Part shown: positions 19,162-27,029 of the stretch, one piece after another | Position numbering within the stretch: the stretch's first letter is position 1 | Layout of the letters: each line of letters opens with the position of its first letter | From: Acidobacteriota bacterium | GTDB lineage: Bacteria; Acidobacteriota; UBA6911; JACQSX01 | Direction: 5' to 3' | Assembly: GCA_036507075.1 (NCBI GenBank) | Contig: DASXQR010000145.1 | Location: 1 to 27,029, forward strand | DNA: 27,029 nucleotides | Translations under genes and position numbers: made by a program | The notes under the pieces: generated by a model | Told to the model about the DNA's origin: nothing | The model's database searches: none | The model's input: only the letters and a program-made list of their open reading frames with translations

Positions 19162-20718
19162 ATGATTTTCCTGGGCATTGATTGCGGGACGCAGAGCTTA
19201 AAGACAATCGCCTGGGACGATGAATCCGGCATCGTCGTGGATTCGGCTCAGGTTTCCTATCCCCTGATTGAAGGACTTCCTCCGGGGCATAAAGAGCAGC
19301 ATCCTCAAACCTGGACCGATGCCCTGGATGCCACTCTGGCGCAATTAAAGGAACGTGGGAAAGCGCGCTTCGAGCAAGTTGCCGGCATCGGCATTTCCGG
19401 ACAGCAGCATGGATTTGTGCCGCTCGATTCTTCGCATCAGGTGATCCGTCCGGCAAAACTGTGGTGTGATACGGCCACCGAAGCGGAATGCGAAATTCTG
19501 TTGCGCGAAGCCGGAGGCCTCACATCCGCGATCGCGGAAACGGGGAACGGCATACCGGCCGGTTTTACCATTTCCAAAGTTAGATGGCTGCGAGACCATG
19601 AGCCTGCAAACTACAGGCGCCTGGCCCACATCCTGCTGCCGCACGATTACCTCAATTTTTATCTCACCGGAGAACGCGTCGCCGAGTGTGGCGACGCTTC
19701 CGGCACCGGGTTCTTTCAGGTCCGGCAGCGGCAGTGGTCCCGCAAGGCGCTGGGTTGGATCGATCCGGACAGGGATTTGAGCGGCAAATTACCGCGGTTG
19801 ATTTCATCCGATCAGCCTGCCGGCACGCTGCGGCCCGTCTTGGCGGGGCGATGGGGAATTTCCCCTCAGGCGCTCGTGAGTTCGGGCGGCGGGGACAATA
19901 TGATGGGTGCCATCGGCACCGGCAATGTTTCGGACGGCATCGTTACGGCCAGCCTGGGGACCTCCGGCACGCTTTATGCTTCCGTCTCAAGTCCGGTGAT
20001 CGATGCGCAGGGCGAGATTGCCGCCTTCTGTGATTCCACCGGGCGATGGCTGCCGCTTGCCTGCACCATGAATGTCACGGTGGCCACCGAGATGGTGCGT
20101 TCCGGCTTTTTTGCCGGCGCGGATTTTCAACACTTTGATGCGGAAGTTTCCCGCGTCCGTGCCGGCTCTGACGGACTGATCCTGCTTCCCTACCTGGAAG
20201 GCGAGCGCATGCCCAACGTGCCGCAGGGTACCGGAGTGTTGCTGGGATTGCGGCCCCGCAGCGCTTCGCGCGGGCATCTGGCGCGGGCGGCCATGGAAGG
20301 AGTAACCCTGGGGCTGCGGTACGGCCTGGATCGAATGAAGTCGCTGGGGATCCGCCCGCGCGAAATCCGCCTTACGGGCGGCGGCGCCAGGAGCCGCGTC
20401 TGGCGGCAGATTGTCGCCGACATTTTCCAGACGCCGGTTTCGTGCCTGGCCGCCGACGAGGGCGCCGCTTTTGGAGCGGCGTTGCAGGCTTTCTGGATGT
20501 GGACCTGCCAGCAGGGAGATTCGACCGCGATGGGACAGATCACTGAAAAATACGTGGCGCTCAGCCGGGACGCCTGTGCGGCGCCGGATCCGGGCGTGAA
20601 GGACTGCTACTCGGAGCTGTATCAGCTTTATGTTAAGTTAAGCGGGCTTTTCTGTTCCGATGGCGGAGCTGATTCAGTCTTTGCTCGCCATCGGCGCTTC
20701 GTGAAAAAGTATTCCTAG
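19162..20718 (+). CDS. xylB: Xylulokinase (FGGY family)
   Basis: [45 protein letters not shown], adjacent to xylA. Confidence 0.92.
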   Translation: MIFLGIDCGTQSLKTIAWDDESGIVVDSAQVSYPLIEGLPPGHKEQHPQTWTDALDATLAQLKERGKARFEQVAGIGISGQQHGFVPLDSSHQVIRPAKLWCDTATEAECEILLREAGGLTSAIAETGNGIPAGFTISKVRWLRDHEPANYRRLAHILLPHDYLNFYLTGERVAECGDASGTGFFQVRQRQWSRKALGWIDPDRDLSGKLPRLISSDQPAGTLRPVLAGRWGISPQALVSSGGGDNMMGAIGTGNVSDGIVTASLGTSGTLYASVSSPVIDAQGEIAAFCDSTGRWLPLACTMNVTVATEMVRSGFFAGADFQHFDAEVSRVRAGSDGLILLPYLEGERMPNVPQGTGVLLGLRPRSASRGHLARAAMEGVTLGLRYGLDRMKSLGIRPREIRLTGGGARSRVWRQIVADIFQTPVSCLAADEGAAFGAALQAFWMWTCQQGDSTAMGQITEKYVALSRDACAAPDPGVKDCYSELYQLYVKLSGLFCSDGGADSVFARHRRFVKKYS

Positions 20719-20719
20719 C

Positions 20720-20783
20720 CTTTGTGTCCTTTGTGTCTTTGTGGTGAAAGGGGTACGACCACAAAGACACAAAGGACACAAAG
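20720..20783. repeat. Perfect 26-bp inverted repeat of nonamer units
   Basis: CTTTGTGTCCTTTGTGTCTTTGTGGT-12 nt-ACCACAAAGACACAAAGGACACAAAG. Confidence 0.92.
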
Positions 20784-20806
20784 TTAAATTTACACTGGAG
20801 AATCCC

Positions 20807-21973
20807 GTGTCTGACTACAAACCCCGCCCGGAACACAGATTCACATTCGGCCTGTGGACAGTCGGCAATCGCGGTCGCGATCCGTTCGGCGACTCCACTC
20901 GCCAAACCCTCGCGCCTGTGAATATCGTCAAGATGATGTCGGAGATCGGCGCTTACGGCGTCAATCTGCATGACAATGACCTGGTACCCATCGACGCCAC
21001 TCCGGCTCAGCAGAAGAGAATCGTCGCCGACTTCAAGAAGGCGCTGAGCGATTACGACATCAAGGTGCCGATGGCGACCACAAACCTGTTCTTTGATCCG
21101 GTCTTCAAAGACGGAGCTTTCACGTCCAACAGCGCCAAGGTGCGCGCTTACGCGCTGCAAAAGACCATGCGCGCCATCGACCTGGGTGTGGAACTGGGAG
21201 CGGGATTGTACGTTTTCTGGGGCGGCCGCGAGGGCGCCGAAGTAGACGCGTCCAGGAATCCTGCCGAAGCGATCAAGAGAATGCGCGAGTGCATTAATTT
21301 TCTGATCCGCTACGTCAAGGACAACAAGTACAAACTCAAATTTGCGCTGGAACCCAAGCCCAACGAACCGCGCGGTGACTTATACCTGCCCACTGTGGGA
21401 GCGATGCTGGCTTTCATTGAATCGCTGGATGACCCGGATATGGTGGGCGTCAATCCCGAGCTGGCACACGATCATATGTGCGGGCTGAATTTTTATCATT
21501 CCGTCGCGCAGGCATGGGAGGCCGGCAAGTTGTTTCACATTGATCTTAACGACCAGAAGCTCAATCGCTTCGATCAGGATCTTCGCTTCGGCTCTGAAAA
21601 CCTGAAGGCCTGTTTTTTCCTGGTGAAGTTTCTCGAAGATGTCCGCTACCAGGGCTCGCGGCATTTCGACGCGCATTCCTACCGCAGCGAGGATCCGGAG
21701 GGTGTCAGGGAGTTTGCCCGGGGCTGCATGCGAACTTACCTGATCCTGAAGGACAAAGCCGAGCAGTTTAACAAAGATCGAGAGATCCGGGACCTGCTCA
21801 AAGACATCGAAGAACGCGACAAAGAGCTTGAAAAAGCAATGCGAAGCTATTCGGGCAAGAGCGCCCGCAGGATTCTGGACGCCAATCTTGACCGCGTGCA
21901 GCTAGCCGCCCGCCCGCTCCGGTACGAGCGGCTCGATCAGTTGACGATGGAAATTCTGATGGGGGTACGGTGA
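20807..21973 (+). CDS. xylA: Xylose isomerase, class I (short type)
   Basis: GTG start after [47 protein letters not shown]; 388 aa. Confidence 0.95.
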   Translation: MSDYKPRPEHRFTFGLWTVGNRGRDPFGDSTRQTLAPVNIVKMMSEIGAYGVNLHDNDLVPIDATPAQQKRIVADFKKALSDYDIKVPMATTNLFFDPVFKDGAFTSNSAKVRAYALQKTMRAIDLGVELGAGLYVFWGGREGAEVDASRNPAEAIKRMRECINFLIRYVKDNKYKLKFALEPKPNEPRGDLYLPTVGAMLAFIESLDDPDMVGVNPELAHDHMCGLNFYHSVAQAWEAGKLFHIDLNDQKLNRFDQDLRFGSENLKACFFLVKFLEDVRYQGSRHFDAHSYRSEDPEGVREFARGCMRTYLILKDKAEQFNKDREIRDLLKDIEERDKELEKAMRSYSGKSARRILDANLDRVQLAARPLRYERLDQLTMEILMGVR

Positions 21974-21976
21974 CCT

Positions 21977-22092
21977 TGTCCGTTGTCCGTAGTCCGTTGT
22001 CAGTGGTCCATTGTCACTGCCTGATTTTAGTTCGGTACACTCAACAACAAAAGACCACGAACAACTGACAACGGACTACGGACAACGGACTA
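21977..22092. repeat. Second heptamer-armed palindrome between convergent genes
   Basis: TGTCCGTTGTCCGTAGTCCGTTGTCAGT inverted against ACTGACAACGGACTACGGACAACGGAC. Confidence 0.88.
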
Positions 22093-23406
22093 ACTCAGCA
22101 CATGGTGCGTCACGTACGAGATCTCTACCGGCACGCCGCCATTTACCCGGACACGGATGAGCACCTGAAAGTACTTCGGAAGCTGCACCGTATCTTTGGA
22201 AGTTGATGTGTTCAGCCGTTCAATCAGCTCGCGGATGTATTCGGTTTTGCTTACGTACTCGGCGGCCGCCTGGGTTCCGAACGTGCTGATTCCCGCCAGA
22301 ATCAACAGACGGTGCTTATCGTCCAGGCCTCGCAGGAGACTGATAACGGCGTAATCCTCAGTGGTTCGGCTGGTATAGGCGCCCTCGGGTTTGGTGCAGA
22401 ACTGGGACTGCTCTCCTGTCTTCGGGCGCAGATTGAAGATTGTAAATCTGCCACTCCCGTCTCCGGACTTGACCAGCCGGAATACGAAATCCTGATTTTG
22501 AGGCATTTCCCGCAGGATCAGGTTCTCAGCGGTGGAACCGAGCATCACCACGTTCTCAGTCTTGAAGTCGTCCCAGGTCATCAGCAGGCTTCGTTTCACC
22601 CTGAACGACCGCCCGATTGTCGCGAAAAGATTCGACAGTGAAGAAACGCCTGCGACTTCACCCACTCCCGTATAAGAGTCGACGATCTGGGGGTCAAAGC
22701 CAGGGTCAAGTTTGATCTTCGGAGCAGTCACGGCATCGAGCGTTCCGGGCGAGTCGAGCGGCTTCAGGAGTTTCATGCCGCCTTCCGGCGTGCCTTGATA
22801 CAGGGTATTGCTGTAGGCCAGCAAAATCGGTTCCGGCGAATGAAGAAAGGAATCCCAGAACGGCGAGAACACCTTCAGAGCAGAAGGCGCCAACGCCTGG
22901 GCATTTCGCAGACTTTGGGCCTCCGATCGATAATGCCAGGCAGCGCCTGCCAGCAGGAGCGATAATGCCAGGGTGCAAATAATGACGCCGTAAAACCAGT
23001 TGTGACGGCATCCGGGAACGGCTTTCGTTTTCGCGGAAGCCACGCCGCGCGCAGCATCGGCCTCGATTCCATTATGCTGATATGAGAATACGGGCACATA
23101 GTGACCTTTCGGCAGTTCGATCAAAAGCCTGTCATTGCTGCCTTCATCGGCATAGAATTCCTTCAGCTTGGAGCGCAGCCTGCCCGCCTGCACGCGAACG
23201 ACCGATTCTATGCGCGGATCGTAGTCATCGCCGCGGCTGAAGACCTGTGTGGCGATGGTGTATTCCTTGAGCTGGATGTTGGGGTTCTCGAGCGTCTCTG
23301 TTACGACGAAACGCAGGAATGCTCTCAGGCTCTCAGCTCCCTGAAGGGTGCGGCTGTGGAGAATTCGATCCAGTTGAGCCAGCTTTTCTTCCCGACTGGG
23401 ATCCAT
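22090..23406 (-). CDS. Putative membrane-anchored regulator: N-terminal wHTH-like domain, TM helix, periplasmic domain
   Basis: LKEYTIATQVF..DYDP..ESVVRVQAGRLRSKL..LPKGHYVP N-domain, a single hydrophobic segment, start at MDPSR. Function is inferred. Confidence 0.7.
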   Translation of the reverse strand: MDPSREEKLAQLDRILHSRTLQGAESLRAFLRFVVTETLENPNIQLKEYTIATQVFSRGDDYDPRIESVVRVQAGRLRSKLKEFYADEGSNDRLLIELPKGHYVPVFSYQHNGIEADAARGVASAKTKAVPGCRHNWFYGVIICTLALSLLLAGAAWHYRSEAQSLRNAQALAPSALKVFSPFWDSFLHSPEPILLAYSNTLYQGTPEGGMKLLKPLDSPGTLDAVTAPKIKLDPGFDPQIVDSYTGVGEVAGVSSLSNLFATIGRSFRVKRSLLMTWDDFKTENVVMLGSTAENLILREMPQNQDFVFRLVKSGDGSGRFTIFNLRPKTGEQSQFCTKPEGAYTSRTTEDYAVISLLRGLDDKHRLLILAGISTFGTQAAAEYVSKTEYIRELIERLNTSTSKDTVQLPKYFQVLIRVRVNGGVPVEISYVTHHVLS

Positions 23407-24009
23407 AGAGTCCTGTAACAAGTTAGTAACGGTCGGTAACGATCAGATCGCGGGTTTGGTCAACCAGCATTATACGCCCTTCATTTTTTGGCAACATTTT
23501 TTCATTGGAAAGCAAGCTGCAGGATGACGTGTTTGAATGTGATGACACTACTTTGGGTCCTGTTGGGCGTGCGCCATACCCCGAAAGATTTTTCGAATGA
23601 CGGTCTCTACCGCCAAAGAGAAGCCTTCCGATTTGTCGTGTGTGACTGTAATATACGCCTGTTAACTTTCTTTCCTGCCTTAGAAAGGTATTCATAGATA
23701 TTTGGGTTATTAGGCTTTAAGCCGGCGCGCTTCAACGATTTGGATCAAACTCGAAGAGTCTTCTATTTTTTGGATTCTCGCGTTGTTTTTTGATCGCAGA
23801 ACCTGGCCAATTCGCTGATGTGTTTAGACTTGCAAAATGCGCCGGGATGGAATAAGAATTGCTTAGCTTCTACCGTTCCAGCTTTCTTCTGAATCTTTGA
23901 TTTGAAACGGATGATTGGTTCCTCTATTTGGCAGTATGGGGCTTGGCTGCGTATCCGACTGCCCGCGGCTCTTTTCGTATTCGTCAATTCTCGACAGAAG
24001 GAGAAGTCC

Positions 24010-27000
24010 ATGAGTCTCAAAGAAATCTCGACTCGTTTTCCGAAACTTGGCAGAGCGACGATTCTTCTCTTGGTCCTGGCGCTGTTGGCTGTTCCGGCGT
24101 TTGGTCAGCGGACTACCGGAACGATCAGCGGCACCATCAGAGACACCAGCGGCGCCGTCATACCCGGCGCTGACGTCACGGTGACCAACCAGGACACGCA
24201 TATCTCACGCAGCGCCGTCACCAGCGACGAAGGTTTTTATTCCATCCCCAACCTGCTGGTGGGAGTCTACACCGTCTCGGGTTCGCTGACCGGATTCAAG
24301 AAGGCAGAAAAAAAGGACGTCAAGCTGGACGTTGCCCAGGATCGGCTCGTGGATCTGCGACTTGAAGTGGGACAGATCTCAGACGTGGTGGAGGTTTCAG
24401 GCAATCCCCCGCTGGTAGAACTGAGAAGCGGTGAGGTTTCCAACCTGGTTCAGGAAAAACAAATGACCGAGCTTCCTCTGAACGGACGAAGCTTCGTGCA
24501 ACTGACGCTGCTGGTGCCGGGCGCGTCCATGAAGAATGACGCCAACACGCGGTTGACCGGATTGCTGGCAGGCGTGGACATTTCGGTCAACGGGAATGCG
24601 TCCACTGCGAACCTGTGGCTGGTCGACGGCGCCGATAACGTGGACCGCGGCTCGAACCGAACCATCCTGGTTTACCCTTCTGTGGATTCGATCGCGGAAT
24701 TTCGCGTATCGCGCAACAGCTTCGGTCCGGAGGCGGGAGCGGGCGCAGGCGCCAATATCAACATTGTCACCAAGTCGGGAACCAACACCTTCCACGGCAC
24801 CGTTTATGAATTCCTGCGCAATGATGTACTGGACGGGACCAACTTCTTCGTCAACTCGGTTCCGAGAAATAAGGACGGCTCTCTGGCTGCCGCCAAGCCG
24901 GTGCTTCGCAGCAACGACTTTGGCTACACGGTGGGCGGCCCGATCAAGCGCGATAAAGCATTTTTCTTCTGGTCAGAGGAATGGCGCAAAGAACGCCGCG
25001 GTGTGACGCGCACACGACTGGTGCCGACCGCGCTCGAAAGACAGGGGGATTTCAGCGAGCGGTTCCATACCAATAATCAGCCCGTCCCGACCGACCCTCT
25101 GACAGGGCAGCCTTTTCCCGGAAATAAGATCCCAGCCAACAGGATGAGCCCGGCCGGAGTGCAATTGATGCGTCTCTTTCCGTTGCCCAACATCCCGCTG
25201 ACGTCAAACACGCAGGCTTTCAATCTCACCTTCTCCCCGACAACGCCGATCGAAACTCGCCAGGAGCAGATCCGGGTCGACTATCAGCTCACCGAGAAGA
25301 TGTCGGTGATGGGCCGCTACACACAGGATAAATGGGACAACCCCGCTCCCAACTATGGCGGCGAAGGCGGCCTGTGGGGTGATGACGGTCTGGCACTGGT
25401 TGACTCCAGTTGGTCGCAGCCGAGCAAGAGCCTGGCGCTGCAGGTGACTAATAATTTCGGCAACTCGATGATCAACCAGTTCCAGTACTCGTACTCGAAT
25501 AACCGTATCTTCATCGATCACGGGATTGGCGCTGACATCGACGCCGATATTGCCAAAGCGATTCCGCAGGTTTTCCCGGCAGTCCGCTCCGATGAGTCGC
25601 ATGCGACTTTCTGGGGCGCTCCCGGCGTCGGCGGGAATCTCTGGAACGCCGCTCCCTGGACAAACGGCGAGAACCTGAACGTCTGGAAGGACGACCTCTC
25701 CAAGGTTATGGGCAGCCACAGCATGAAAATGGGCTACCAGATGAGCCGTAACTGGAAGGACGAAGACTGCTGCGGCGCCTTCGACGCCAACCCGAAGTTC
25801 TGGGGCAACAACGCCGTCAACTGGGGTGATGTTCCGTCAACGGGCAATGGCCTTTCCGATGCACTCTATCGGGGCACCTACTGGGGCGCAACGGAGCGCA
25901 AGAACCAGCCGCGCGCCAAGACGCGCTGGAGAGACTATGAGTGGTATTACGGCGATACTTGGCGCATGCACCCGCAGTTTACCTTCAACTACGGCTTCCG
26001 CTGGTCCGTCCTGAAGCAGCCGTTTGATGCCGATAATGCCGTAGGGAATTTTGTCCCTGAGCTGTTCGATCCCAAAAAGGGCAAGACCTTCGATAACGGC
26101 ATGATCTATCCCGACAATCTGAAGGGAAAAACTGATATTGGGACCCGCTCCCTCTCCAAGGAGCATTATTTCGATATCGGACCGCGCTTTGGTTTTGCCT
26201 GGGATCCGATCGGAACCGGCAAGAACTCGATCCGCGGCGGAGCGGGGATTTATTACAACCGCGATTCCATCGCTGGTGGTTGGCAGGACCTGAACACGAA
26301 CCCTCCGTTCAGCAGCCTGGTCTTTTTCGGCGACGGGCGGCCGCTGGATTCTCTGCCCCCAACCATTCCGGAGATCTCGGTGGGTTTGCCGGCATGGGGC
26401 AAAGATCTGAATTCGCCCACACCGCGAACCTATCAATGGAATCTGACGTACGAACGCGAAATCCTCAAGGATACGAAAATAGAGTTCGCGTACGTCGGAA
26501 ACAAGGGGTCGCACCTGCCCCAGCGGATGGAACTTACCCAGGTGCCTGTGAACTTGCGCTTGCGCTTTATGGTTGACAGGTTCAATGGTGTCTCAGCCGA
26601 TGATCTCGCATCCCGCTATCGTCCGTACGGAGCTGTGTTCGGAAATAACCCAATCGCATTCTGGGCGCGGGGCGCGGACAGCATTTACAATGCGTTCCAG
26701 CTATATGTTGTCAAGCGCTTCACAGACAACCTGACGTATAACATCGCGTACACCTTCTCGAAGATCCTCGGCACTTCGCAACTCGGTTATCTCGGTGACT
26801 CCAAGATATCGGATAACTCGAATATCCGCTATGACCGTGGCATGCCTCAGTTCGACCGAACACATATCTTTGTGGTGAACGCAATTTACAATTTGCCGAA
26901 GCTGAATAACCGGGCACCGCTGGTTCGCGCAGTTCTCGGCGGCTGGGAAACTACAGGGATTTATTCCTTCAACACTGGAATTCCCCTGACGATTACAAGT

Positions 27001-27029
27001 GGATTCGACACCGGCGGGATTGGCAGTGG
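24010..27029 (+). CDS. TonB-dependent receptor (carboxypeptidase-like N-domain), truncated by window end
   Basis: RBS AAGGAG. Manual translation gives MSLKEISTR..LAVPAFGQRTTGTISGTIRDTSGAVIPGA, ELPLNGRSF, TKSGTN.FHG..YEFLRN. Absent from the ORF track, consistent with no stop in the window. Confidence 0.92.
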   Translation, partial: MSLKEISTRFPKLGRATILLLVLALLAVPAFGQRTTGTISGTIRDTSGAVIPGADVTVTNQDTHISRSAVTSDEGFYSIPNLLVGVYTVSGSLTGFKKAEKKDVKLDVAQDRLVDLRLEVGQISDVVEVSGNPPLVELRSGEVSNLVQEKQMTELPLNGRSFVQLTLLVPGASMKNDANTRLTGLLAGVDISVNGNASTANLWLVDGADNVDRGSNRTILVYPSVDSIAEFRVSRNSFGPEAGAGAGANINIVTKSGTNTFHGTVYEFLRNDVLDGTNFFVNSVPRNKDGSLAAAKPVLRSNDFGYTVGGPIKRDKAFFFWSEEWRKERRGVTRTRLVPTALERQGDFSERFHTNNQPVPTDPLTGQPFPGNKIPANRMSPAGVQLMRLFPLPNIPLTSNTQAFNLTFSPTTPIETRQEQIRVDYQLTEKMSVMGRYTQDKWDNPAPNYGGEGGLWGDDGLALVDSSWSQPSKSLALQVTNNFGNSMINQFQYSYSNNRIFIDHGIGADIDADIAKAIPQVFPAVRSDESHATFWGAPGVGGNLWNAAPWTNGENLNVWKDDLSKVMGSHSMKMGYQMSRNWKDEDCCGAFDANPKFWGNNAVNWGDVPSTGNGLSDALYRGTYWGATERKNQPRAKTRWRDYEWYYGDTWRMHPQFTFNYGFRWSVLKQPFDADNAVGNFVPELFDPKKGKTFDNGMIYPDNLKGKTDIGTRSLSKEHYFDIGPRFGFAWDPIGTGKNSIRGGAGIYYNRDSIAGGWQDLNTNPPFSSLVFFGDGRPLDSLPPTIPEISVGLPAWGKDLNSPTPRTYQWNLTYEREILKDTKIEFAYVGNKGSHLPQRMELTQVPVNLRLRFMVDRFNGVSADDLASRYRPYGAVFGNNPIAFWARGADSIYNAFQLYVVKRFTDNLTYNIAYTFSKILGTSQLGYLGDSKISDNSNIRYDRGMPQFDRTHIFVVNAIYNLPKLNNRAPLVRAVLGGWETTGIYSFNTGIPLTITSGFDTGGIGS

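Noticed and set aside
24397..26917. Short ORFs listed by the track in this region
   Set aside because: They are shadows of the long plus-strand TonB receptor ORF that runs off the window.

Overview
GC-rich bacterial chromosomal window. An Acidobacteriota-like origin is inferred from gene content only: two carboxypeptidase-like-domain (Oar-type) TonB-dependent receptors, an FHA-GAF sigma54 activator and small secreted 'IPFDF..AGTY' proteins. Gene order: TPR protein, TonB-dependent receptor, MNT/HEPN toxin-antitoxin pair, and an FHA-GAF-AAA+ sigma54 activator divergent from a -24/-12 promoter and two paralogous small secreted proteins. A large sugar-catabolism region follows: GMC dehydrogenase plus Tat small subunit, two TIM-barrel isomerase-like proteins, Gfo/Idh/MocA, cytochrome c, ThuA-like protein, xylB and xylA. 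It resembles the oxidative 3-ketoglycoside pathway. The window ends with a membrane-anchored wHTH-like regulator and a second, truncated TonB receptor that is missing from the ORF track. The most unusual property is non-coding: most intergenic spaces hold palindromic elements built from 7-, 8-, 9- or ~37-bp units, often nested and often abutting stop codons. One family forms the inverted flanks of a lone GxxExxY PD-(D/E)XK nuclease-like gene, a candidate nuclease/repeat selfish system. No rRNA, tRNA, CRISPR array or transposase was recognised.
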